NCBI RefSeq assembly: GCF_052425735.1
Contig: NC_135768.1
Span: 20,274,001 to 20,338,000 of the forward strand
Direction: 5' to 3'
Length of the DNA: 64,000 bases
Origin: Oculina patagonica
Lineage: Eukaryota
This document shows positions 1-10,175 of the stretch, in pieces (position 1 is the first letter of the stretch; every line of letters begins with the position of its first letter). A program made the translations under genes and the position numbers. Below the pieces are notes generated by a model. It was given only the letters and a program-made list of their open reading frames with translations. It made no database searches and was not told the origin of the DNA.

Positions 1-398
1 CATACTTTTGCATGTTTACAAAAAGCGATCTAACGGTTGCTGTTATTTAAATTTTTACGGACCCGTAAATCAAAATATATCAAAATTAACATGCGTTTCC
101 AACCTTTGAAGAATCACTTAACTTAGGAATAATAATAATATTTTGTTGCGTTTGGTTGCTTTTGAGCGGCGAGCTCGTCAACTTATGCAATTTCTCGTTC
201 TGGCCAAGCTCAAAATTAGGCCTTTTGCAGCCTTCACTGTTGAGAGCTCTAAAAAATATATTTTAACGTATTTCCAAAAACTAAAGTCGTTGCATTTACT
301 TACAACCTAAGATAGTTCACTGGGCAAAGTTTGAGGGAAAACTTTTTTCCGACCCGAAATGCGATGGACCGCTTTAAGAGAAACTGCCACTTAATTAC

Positions 399-1663
399 CT
401 TCACATCTTTTGCCATCGCCTGTGAAGCCTTTCTTGCAAGAACACTTATAACTCCCGTGTGTGTTGATACATAGTCCTCCGACCTTCGAACAGCGGTTTT
501 TACCGGCGCATTCATCGATATCTGTTGAGATAAAACAAATACAAAAAGTACAGATTTAAACTCTCTCCATCGCAGAGGCCTCTATTATTGCCCCCGCAGG
601 GCTCCGGCCCAGAGGCCGGAACCCGAGGAGGCACCTTAGAAGTCCCCGCGTAGGTAGGTAAAATGTGTGCATTTAGTGAACAGTACCGAAAAAAATTTCG
701 ATTTTGGTCAAAGCGGCTCGCAAAGGATTGCCCTAATGCTCGCAAGGGATTGCCGGAACTCTTGCAAAGGAGCAAAGGAAGTCATGCCGTCGCACTGTGA
801 TCACAAGAAACATCAGTTGCTTGAAAAAATAGCTGAAACGTGTACCTGAAATTGAAATGATACCGAAAATGACATGGAAGGCATAACAGGCGTATCATCC
901 GGGAACAAAGAGTTTCTTATTTTAGTCAGCGACTGAACGTCGTGAAAACAAATGGAAACCGTATACATCTTACGACGAGTAATAAACAAAAGCGTGAACT
1001 TTGTCATGACACGGTAATTCATTGTGGTAACAAACTGTAAAACAAATTATAAAAAGGCGGGGGCAGCTAGTGAGAACTATTACTAGTTATTAGTACGAGA
1101 TTGGAAATGGAGAGAGAGAATGGTAAGCGCACGGAGCCTGGTCCGCTTGGGAATCCCCCATTTTTTTTTATTTTTCGTGTTTTTTTTTAATTCCTTCCCC
1201 TCTCCCCTGAAGAAACCTCTGTGGAGGAGAGTGTGGAAATAAACTTTAAAGGAATTATGTGATAAAAAAAATTTATCCAAAATTTTTTAAGTTCGTTCTT
1301 CGTAAATAAATGAATAAATGATATAGGTTCTTATATAGCGCATTTACAAAGCTCAATGCGCTTCACAATTAGAATTATGGGATGAGACCGGACATCAGCA
1401 TACCAGGCGCCTTTGGCAGCCGCTATCCGTCCATGTGTATGATCTCACCCCACCAACCAACCCATAGATACATGTCAATAGAACAGACCACAACACCGAG
1501 AACTTCGTGCCCTACTCTTTGCGATAAGCGTGTGGGTTTTTTAACGTCCCCTGCTGACCATATAACACTGAAGATGCAGGAGACGGGACCTACGGTTTAT
1601 CGTCCTTATCCGAGAATACTTGACCGTCTAACCATTTGCAGATGTAATTACAAAGGCAGCACG

Positions 1664-1704
<41 letters not shown>

Positions 1705-4700
1705 TGGGAGTCGAACCCGAGACCCTCCGCACGACAGTCCGGCGCTCTACCAACTGAGCTAACCGGGCGGCGGTTAAACCGTCTGAATCCTCCCAATCGT
1801 AACCATCCTTGTTCCTTTTTGTTTATTATTATCTCTTGGGGTTTTTTTTTATAAAAATTTAGAAGTTTCTTTCGAGGAAGACGGACTTTTAACGGCGCTG
1901 CTAGAGAGCATGACTTAATAATATATCTTGACAAAACTCCTCCTTAAACTGTGAGTTTCTTGAAAAACGTCCGATAGGGGAATTTTGAAACCATCTAGTG
2001 TTTATCAACTGCATTCTGATTGGCTAGGCTGACTCACTAGCTATTTTGTGATAGATAGTGAGTTGAATAGCATGGCAGCTAAATTCGCGATTCGAGACAT
2101 AAATTTCTAGCTCCACCACAGGCAGACCACCCTATGTGCTCGCAGTTATTATTACTGATTTGCTTTCGACCGTTGGCTACATACAAAGCCAACGGCCGAA
2201 GGCAAATCAGTAACGCTTTAAACAGCCAACGGCCGAAGGCAAATCAGTAACGCTTTAAACAGTGCAGAAAAGCGGATGAAACGCCACAAAGGAGTCGACT
2301 AGCGTTTTATTTATTTTACTGAGATATTCAGATCGAGATGAGCAGATGAGCCTAAATATGTATCTAGATTTCTTTAAATTTGAATAGTTTGTTGATGCAA
2401 ACACATAGGGTGGTCTGCCTGTGGCTCCACTGTTCTAATCTGACCTGTGCACTCCTTCCCTGTTCCTTTAAATCCCTTTGAGTTACATCTGCAGTCGTAT
2501 GTGTACGGCATGTCTGTACAAGTTGCCATGTCGTCACAATCGTTTTCTTCCAAGCACTCATTAACGTCTGTCAAGCAAAATTAACACAAAAATTTAGGGC
2601 CTGTTTACATGATTCCGGAATGACATTCATTCCAGAAAGAGTTTCGTTACAGAATGAAGTTCGTTCTGCATTCACATGACAAAGGCGTTATCACGTGCGC
2701 GGTTTTCGCGCGAAATCAAAACAAGATGGCGCATGTTTCGCGCAAACATGTTATTGTGCCCATTCAATGGCCATATCTGCAATTTTAACGAGCAAATTCA
2801 ATTTTAACCATAGGGCTGTTTCTTTGGGCTAAACAGTGAATGTCATTAATTTTTATTGCTCTGAGTTCAAACTGTGGCCTCCGTATGCGGTTTCATCGAA
2901 ATTCGTTTTGTATTTACATGATTCCAGAATGAAAATTTTATTCCGGAATGAAATCCGAAATTACTTGACCTTTGTCTCGGTATCATGTAGACTTTCTCAA
3001 AGTCCTTCGACGCGCGGTTTAGGTATGTCACGTACGAAGCCCTCTCGCGACTTCGTCACTCGCGGTCGTCGCTTCGCGACGCTTTTCGGCTCACTTCGCT
3101 CGCCAATAGAGGGCGACTTGGTGCAAGTCTAGGTATCATGTAAACAGATACAGAAAATATATGGGGATGGATTAAACTCGTTACGGAACGAAAGTCATTC
3201 CGGAATCATGTAAACAGGCCCTTCGACGTTCAAATGCAGCGAGTGAGTCTATGCACAAATTCCCCGGGGGGGACTCTCTTATAAAAATGACGGGGGTTGT
3301 TGGTAGCACCTTTCAGGGGGTAAAATTTGTGGAATGGTACCGCTTAGGGTGCTTAAACCTAAAATAAACACTGCATGCTAGAGTTGTAGCGGTACCTTTA
3401 AGGGGCCCCTAAGGTTATCCCCGAACGGAACTCCTGTGCTAGACAGAAGATGTTCGTATTAGAACTCACTCGAAGTGTAGCCAAAATTATTTCAAATGCA
3501 ACACCAGTATAACGGAAATTAATCACTCAGATTTAATGGAAGCCTACGCAACAGGGGTGTTTGGGAGAGAGGGGAACCCCAGTGTGGATCCCTCAGACGA
3601 AAGACCTTATGAGGCAAGTCAAACGGATACAGCAGCGAGCGACGAAGTTTATACTACGCTTGCCCTTTATCAGCGATCAATCTTACAAAGATAGACTGCA
3701 CTTGCTCCCTCTTTCTTACTGGTAGAAATACCTTATTTTCTCGATTAAACGCCGGGCCCCGAATAAACGCCGGGTCTCCAAGCTGTATTTGAAAATAAAC
3801 CCCTTAAACATTTATTCAAGTTGTAAAATGCTTTGGAAATAATGTCTACATATATGGCTGTCAAAAATAATGAATGAAAATGATTTCATAGAAACATAGG
3901 GCTTGAATAAACTGCGAGAATCAAATAAACGCCGGCTCTATCGGGCCAAGTTTGAAATAAACGCCGGGGACGTTTAATTGATAAAATACGGTATATCGAT
4001 TTGATTTTGTTTTTCAAAATTTTCAACGGTTATGTTGACATAAATCCGGCAGTCATTTCTAAAGCACGCAACACACGCCCTTCTAGATGAAATAGCAATT
4101 CAGACTGTGTGTAGTACTCAGTGCGCAAGTGTAAAACCAGTCCTTTCAGCAATCCTTCATTAATAGATCATCCCGTGTGTGGAACACTCTTTCAAAAGTT
4201 ATGGATGTTAATGCCGACCTCCCTACTTTCCGGAGCAAACTCTTGTCTTATTGCTCTACTGCACTGTCCAATTGTTACGACCCAGACGACCCGCGTACCT
4301 GGAAGTCAGTATGCCCAACCTGCAATTCCTGCCGCAGCTTACTCGACCCTATTTAAGTACCCTAGTCAGCCTCCGCCATTTTCGATGCCATCGAAATTAT
4401 GAAAATTGTATGGAAAAGCGAAATCTTATTGCATTGCTGAAAGTTGTGTTACTGGAAGTCCGTTTAATTACCTTTAACAGTTTTACAGAGATCTCTTTCG
4501 TTTAGACATGCTCCATGTAAAATATAATACTGAAACTCTTGTATGTTAACAAAAACAAAGGCGTGGCTGACTCGGGTCCTTTAAAGCTTTGTAATACCTT
4601 TTAGCTATTTTATGTCTCGGGCCCGCAGTAATTGGCCCTGCTGTTGCGGGTTCCCTGCCTTAAGTTTACTGCTAGTTGTATGTGTTATTTATAAGGCGAA

Positions 4701-7488
4701 GCTAATAAAATAAAATAAATGAATTCCTTTACTAGTTGCGTGCAGTCCGGTTGGTGCCGGCTATTCTTTTCGATGAACATGCTTTTTCGAGGAGACGTTT
4801 TTCACAGAAATGGTCACATATTCATTGTCTAAACTATGCAAGGACACCACCCCTTCATTAGGCCTGTACGGGATGGTCGGACCTAACTATTTAGTAGCAG
4901 CTAAGATCGTTTTAATAGTTGCCCTTACCGCAATGCTGATTGATAGGTACGTTAAGTTGCCTGAATCTGAATGGTTCATGACACGTGGCCGGCACGGGGC
5001 CTAAGTTGATATTACGCCTTGTTAGTAACGTCATCAGACCCTTTTCGCAGTCACAATCCAACGGGTTGTTTTGTAGGCGGCTACGGCAGGAAAGAAAAAA
5101 AAACTGCTGTCAGTTATTGTACGGAGCAACAGCAATAAGGTTGGGAGTAGGGGTGGGAGGGTGGGGCTCCCCGAATTTTCATCGTCGGCAAGTTGGCGTG
5201 AGCGAGCCAAGAAATTTAGCCTTCTCAAGAAGTCCCAGAGAGTAAACTTTCACTTAAGCAAGACGTTTCGCTATTTAAAGGGATCTGGGGCCCGTTTCTC
5301 GAAGGTCCCAAAAAGGTTTTGCATCCGGAAAGCCATAGCAAAATCTCAAACCTAACATACACCTTGAAAAACTATGTGGTTTACGCCATTTCTTAGTGGT
5401 GCATTCCCTACTAAGAAAAATCCTGGATCCGCCCCTGTGACACGTTATAGTGGATTAGCTTGACTTTAATAAGTTAGAATGGTTTTGATGAGTATGACCG
5501 TTTCATACTTACACTTCAATCAGATTAACCAGGTCATCAAAAACATCCGGTGAGAACTCTTTTATGTCGTTATTCGACAGATCACTGAACGCAGAGCAAA
5601 AGGAACAATATTGTTAGTTAAAGTCCTGCAGTTTTGATAATAGAGCAGTTTTTGTAATGACTGAAATCAGGCTAAAAGCACCGTCAGAACAAAGCCAGTC
5701 ACCACAGTGCAAATAACTTTACCAAACAATTAAAAGTAAGAACATGCAGCCATTGGCAAGGGCGGAAAAATATGCAACTTGTGCCAAGCGCGTGAAAATG
5801 TGTAATCAGTGCCAAACGCGGGAAACTGTGTAACCGGTACCAAGCGCGGGAAAATGTGTAATCAGTGCCAAGCGCGGGAAAATGTGCAGCTGGTGCCAAG
5901 CGCGGGAAAATGTGCAGCTGGTGCCAAGCGCGGGAAAATGTGTAACTAGTGCCAAGCGCGGGAAAATGTGCAACTGGTGCCAAGTGCAGAAAAATGTGCA
6001 ACTGGTGCCAAGCGCGGGAAAATGTGCAGCTGGTGCCAAGCGCGGGAAAATGTGCAGCTGGTGCCAAGCGCGGGAAAATGTGCAACTGGTGCCAAGTGCA
6101 GGAAAATGTGCAACTGGTGCTAAGTGCAGAAAAATGTTTAACTGGTGCCAAGCGCGGGAAAATGTGCAACTGGTGCCAAGCGCGGGAAGCACGTTATCGG
6201 TGCCAAACGCGGGAAAATATGTAACCTGTACCAAGCGCGGGAAAATGTGTAATCAGTGCCAAGCGCTGGAAAATGTGTCATCGATGCCAAGCGCGGGAAA
6301 ATGTGTAACTGGTGCCAAGCGCGGGAAAAGGTGTAACTGGTGCCAAGCGCGGGAAAACTGTAACTGGTGCTAAGTGCGGGAAAATGTGTAACTGGTTCCA
6401 AGCGCGGGAAGACGCAAAACTGGTACCAAGCGCGGGAAAATGTGAAACTGATACCAAGCGCGGGAAAATTTGTAACGGGTGCCAAGCACAGAAAAATTAG
6501 ACTTTAACATATTACAGGAAGAAGACTAAAGTAATAAACAAAGTTACATAGAAGGAAAACTGACCTGATAAATTAAAACTACAGATAAAACCGTTTGCCG
6601 GATTCGAGATATATTTGTCTGGTGCAATTCTAGTGTTACGTCGTTAAAGAGAAAAGTGGCATGATATAAAACACAGTAAGTAGATCAATTAAATTAATTT
6701 ATATGAACTTACAGTGTTTTTAAAGATGTGAGCCCCTTCAAGATATTCCTTGTTATTCCAGATAAACTTCCATCCGACAAGTTCCTGAAGAAAATTCACG
6801 GCAGAAATGTAAGGGCCTCTTTACATAAGAGCCGAGATGAGTTTGGTCTCGGGATGAAAACATTTTTATTTTACATAAGCGTGTTGATCCCGGGATGCCG
6901 GGGCGTATAAGTCGTCCCGCCCGAGTTGAATCCATCTCGCCCGTGCTTACATTACATTACATTACATTACATTACATTACATTACATTACATTACATTAC
7001 ATTACATTACATTACATTACATTACATTACATTACATAAAGACTTTTTACGTGGCGTTTTTCGTCACGTTTCATCCCGGTGCTTAGGACAGGGATGTAAT
7101 CGTCCCGGGATGAGTTCATCCCGGGACGAAATCATGTAGACAGCAACAAGAAAATGTCCAGACACCGACATGAATTCACCCCGTGACGAAACTCTCATGT
7201 TAAGAGGCCCTAAGTAATTCAACAAGTAAAGACAGTGTAAGACGATATTTAGAGAGTTAGAGTTAGAGTTAGTTTAGAGTTAGGGCAGTTGAGAGTGAAA
7301 TGGCCGGGTATTTGGGTTTATTAAAAACTAGCCATGATATATTGCAATCCCTGCGTTTTGATTGGTTAACAGGTAATGTTATATCAGTGAGCTCATATAC
7401 CATTCACACAAATATGGTAGCCGATACGGCGTCAACGAAAACAGCTGGGAGCTCAGATATTGCAATTCTTTGGGCGTTTTTAATAAAA

Positions 7489-7522
<34 letters not shown>

Positions 7523-7552
7523 CGTTATAGCTAACTCGGCGCCACGCGCCTT

Positions 7553-7588
<36 letters not shown>

Positions 7589-9852
7589 GTAACGGTTCAC
7601 CAAGGGTTTTTCAATTGGGTATAACAGTCGTTATATTATAGATATTTAACATATTTCGGTAGATATCAATGGATAACAAGTGAAAGGATAATGTCCCTTA
7701 AGAGCATCTGTGCTCGACTGTACTAAAATTAAAAAAAATAAGATTACTTACAAAGTTTGCAGATTCTTGAACGGAGTGAAGCACCCATCGCTTAGGGACA
7801 ACTTGTTCCTGCTGAGATCACTGAAAATAAAGAATAGAACCGGCAGAGATAACGTAAAATACCGATTATAAATCTTCGGAAAAAGTCTTACACACAACTT
7901 TTAGGGGAGTAGGGATGGTGCAGTGGTGAGAGCACTCGCCTCCCACCACCAGGGGGGTACTCCAGCTTGTAAATGACGAGGATGATCGAATGATTTTTTT
8001 GGGTTTGAAATTTTCGATTCCGGGATTTTTTTGGGTTGGAAAATTTGGCAAGTATTTTTTTGGCTGACTTGATTTAAATAGGGGATTTTTTGGGTATTAA
8101 AAACGAACTAAATTGCCTTGGCACGACGTTGGCGTATTTATGGTATGATGAATAAAAAAAACACGAGCGTTCAATTTTTTATGATTTCGTTGTGTTATAT
8201 TATTGCCCCTTCTGGCAATTTAGGGGTAATTTGACAAGGGATTTTTTGGGGTTTTTTTTTTGGTCCAGGGATTTTTTTGGGTAATGTCGGAAGACTTAGG
8301 GATTTTTTTGGGTCCTGAGTTTTGCCTCCATTCGATCATCCCCGTCATTTACAAGCAGGAGTACCCCCCCCCCCCCCCCTGGGCTCCCACCAATGTGGCC
8401 CGGGGTCGAATCCCGGACTCGGCGTCTTATGTGGGTTGGTTTTCGTTCTTACTCCGATGATTTTCTCCAGGCTCTCCGGTTTTCCTCCTTCCACAAAAAA
8501 AAAAAAATTCGATCGGGAATACACGGCCCCACAAGCCTCTAGCTTTAAACACAACCGCGTATAAATAAAGGTAACTTATTTATTTATTTATCTATTTTTT
8601 CCTTTTTTTGATTGCTTAAATAAAACAAAACGCATTATAAAATCGTCAAAAATTTATCCCAAAAGATCGTTTCGCCATTTCCTATTGAGCCTTTTGTAAA
8701 GGAACAATTCTACTTGTTTTGCACATATGTGAGATTATTTTAATTTATAAGAGAGTGTAATGGGTCGAGTCCCTAGAGACTGAGAGAACATTTAAATACG
8801 CCCTTTAGCTAGCGGCGGTAAAGATAGGCCTAGACACAAATATCCCGAAAAATGCTCTAAAAATCTATCCGGAAATTCCCAGTTTTTTCCCTAAAAATCC
8901 CTTCAAAATTTTCTAAATATCCCCAAAATTTGCTAAAAATCCCTAAATATCCCAAAATTTTCTGTCCTTCTCGAGTGACACTGGGCTCATCTTTAATAGA
9001 AATAGCTTCTCTTAGCTCCTCCGCTGGCTCCGCCATGTTTGAAACTTACCTCCCTTGGAAATTTTGGGGTGCATTAGGAATAGAAAACAACGCTGCACAA
9101 TTGGATTGCAGTCTAGCAGTCACTTATTAGTAAACAATGGGACAAAAATATCATTTCATAGGAATTTTAAATAAAGCGGCAAAGAAAATAAAACAATTTT
9201 TCCTCAAATCATCTAAAAAATCCCCTACAAATCCAATTTTTTCTAAAAATCCCCAAAATTCCTAAAAATCTCGTGATGCTCTAAAAATCCTAAAAAATAT
9301 CCGGCTTTTTGTGTCTAGGCCTAGGTAAAGAACGTTCAGTTAAGCGGCAGTACAAGTACTAGAATACAAGTTCAAGGACATTTTTCAAGAAACTTTCACG
9401 GGAGTGGCAAATAGAATTGTGAGTAGTGTATTACATTATTACAATAACATTATACCGTCGAGGTTAGTATTTTAGAGAGCTTTTCGGCACGAATTAAGTT
9501 ATATTTTTGTTCTTATTTATAGTTTGACTATATTGTGTATTGTGAACGCGAAGACAAACACGATCCAGTACAGAATTTAAAGTCCACAATTTACCGTAAA
9601 GCTGTGGTGTTGCTACTAATATCTCATCACTTTGAACCGGCACAGTGTTTGAAACACTACTTACAGTTCTTCTGCATCTGGCAAGTAAGGGTATTTCTCT
9701 GGAAGTTTCAACGGTGACAGCGTGCCGCCGGTTGTAGAGCCACACCGGTATGCGAGTTTCGAGCTTTCAGGATCACATACATCATATCCCAGAGTGAAAG
9801 AAATCTTGCATACGAGAAGCAGAAAACTAACAAGGCAGGAAAATATTCTCAT
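399..9852 (-). CDS. Secreted or membrane protein with signal peptide, one leucine-rich repeat and at least 2 calcium-binding EGF domains; 3' part lies left of the window
   Basis: Exons 9665-9852 ([27 protein letters not shown], phase 2), 6713-6784 (72-bp LRR-type exon [25 protein letters not shown]), 6565-6629 ([21 protein letters not shown]), 2445-2567 ([41 protein letters not shown]), 399-521 ([41 protein letters not shown]). All junctions are GT-AG and phases 2-2-1-1-1 join into one open frame. Confidence 0.85.
1320..1775 (-). mobile_element. tRNA-derived SINE with L2/CR1-type 3' tail
   Basis: Head on minus strand: TAGCTCAGTTGGTAGAGCG (A box) .. GGTTCGACTCCC (B box). Tail TGTGAAGCGCATTGAGCTTTGTAAATGCGCTATATAAG followed by (TTTA)-like repeats. 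Confidence 0.75.
2597..3221. mobile_element. PIF/Harbinger-like MITE
   Basis: TIR GGGCCTGTTTACATGATTCCGGAATGAC at both ends; flanks TTA and TTC (imperfect 3-bp TSD). Confidence 0.75.
2988..3131. mobile_element. Small MITE nested in the previous element, 9-bp TSD
   Basis: TAGACTT..AAGTCTA termini; GGTATCATG duplicated at 2979-2987 and 3132-3140. Confidence 0.75.
3570..4720 (+). mobile_element. Degenerate 3' end of a CR1/L2-clade LINE (RT C-terminus)
   Basis: Translatable remnants [69 protein letters not shown]; AAATA-rich tail at about 4705; interrupted by a MITE. Confidence 0.7.
3730..3991. mobile_element. Tc1/mariner-type MITE inserted in the LINE fragment
   Basis: TA-flanked; CCTTATTTTCTCGATTAAACG..CGTTTAATTGATAAAATACGG imperfect TIRs; internal AATAAACGCCGG repeats. 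Confidence 0.65.
5780..6490. repeat. 28-bp minisatellite (TGCCAAGCGCGGGAAAATGTGCAACTGG) x about 25
   Basis: Contiguous tandem units without unique spacers; preceded by a TAGAGCAGTTTT MITE end at 5641. Confidence 0.95.
6813..7210. mobile_element. PIF/Harbinger-like MITE containing a (TTACA)n microsatellite
   Basis: GGGCCTCTTTACAT..ATGTTAAGAGGCCC TIRs; TAA on both sides (6810-6812, 7211-7213). Confidence 0.8.
6947..7036. repeat. (TTACA)n pentanucleotide microsatellite, about 18 perfect copies
   Basis: Directly visible. Confidence 0.97.
7903..8500 (+). mobile_element. tRNA-derived SINE split by a MITE
   Basis: GGGATGGTGCAGTGGTGAGAGCACTCGCCTCCCACC | AATGTGGCCCGGGGTCGAATCCCGGACTC (A and B boxes) rejoin after removing 7948-8383 and one TSD copy. 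Confidence 0.7.
7948..8383. mobile_element. MITE with CCAGGGGGGTACTC TIRs and 8-bp TSD (hAT-like)
   Basis: CTCCCACC duplicated at 7940-7947 and 8384-8391; same family as 27160-27518. Confidence 0.8.
8825..9323. mobile_element. hAT-type MITE
   Basis: TAGGCCTAGACACAAA..TTTGTGTCTAGGCCTA perfect TIRs; 8-bp TSD GGTAAAGA at 8817-8824 and 9324-9331. Confidence 0.88.
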
Positions 9853-9900
9853 CCTCACGCTTTAGCCTTTGAACGCAAAGTTTGGCGTTCTAACGACTAC

Positions 9901-9929
9901 TGACGTCACAAACAGTTTTAATGACGTCA
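9901..9929. promoter_or_regulatory. Two perfect CRE palindromes (TGACGTCA) in the proximal promoter of the LRR-EGF gene
   Basis: TGACGTCA at 9901-9908 and 9922-9929, about 50-77 bp upstream of the ATG at 9852. Confidence 0.5.
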
Positions 9930-10175
9930 CGAAACGCGCGCGAACACAGCAGTGTGCCATGGAAATCACTCGCGTGGCGTTACTGAGTGTCACGATTCGA
10001 GCGTGTTGTACTTTAATTAGCAGAAATCGCTTTTCTCTTGCCTCTGTTTAATACAGAGAACGGCGAAAGTCCCTTCTTTAACCCGCGATTTTTGTCACTA
10101 ATGTTAGTTGTTTAGCGACAAACGCACACTCACTGCGCCATGCTGACGTGACAAGTTGTGAAGCACTTAAATATC

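Noticed and set aside
813-1022. Possible additional exon of the LRR-EGF gene
   Set aside because: Entering in phase 1 at the candidate acceptor hits a stop, there is no EGF pattern, and it lies in a probable TIR element (~560-1232). The flanking EGF exons already join in frame.
1700-1772. tRNA genes here and at ~7905-8420 and 56115-56425
   Set aside because: A and B boxes are present but there is no proper acceptor stem or anticodon arm, and they continue into SINE bodies.
5780-6490. Regular 28-bp repeats as a CRISPR array; Cys-rich ORFs 5699-6500 as genes
   Set aside because: No unique spacers, no cas genes and a eukaryotic intron context. The ORFs are open on both strands only because of the repeat unit.
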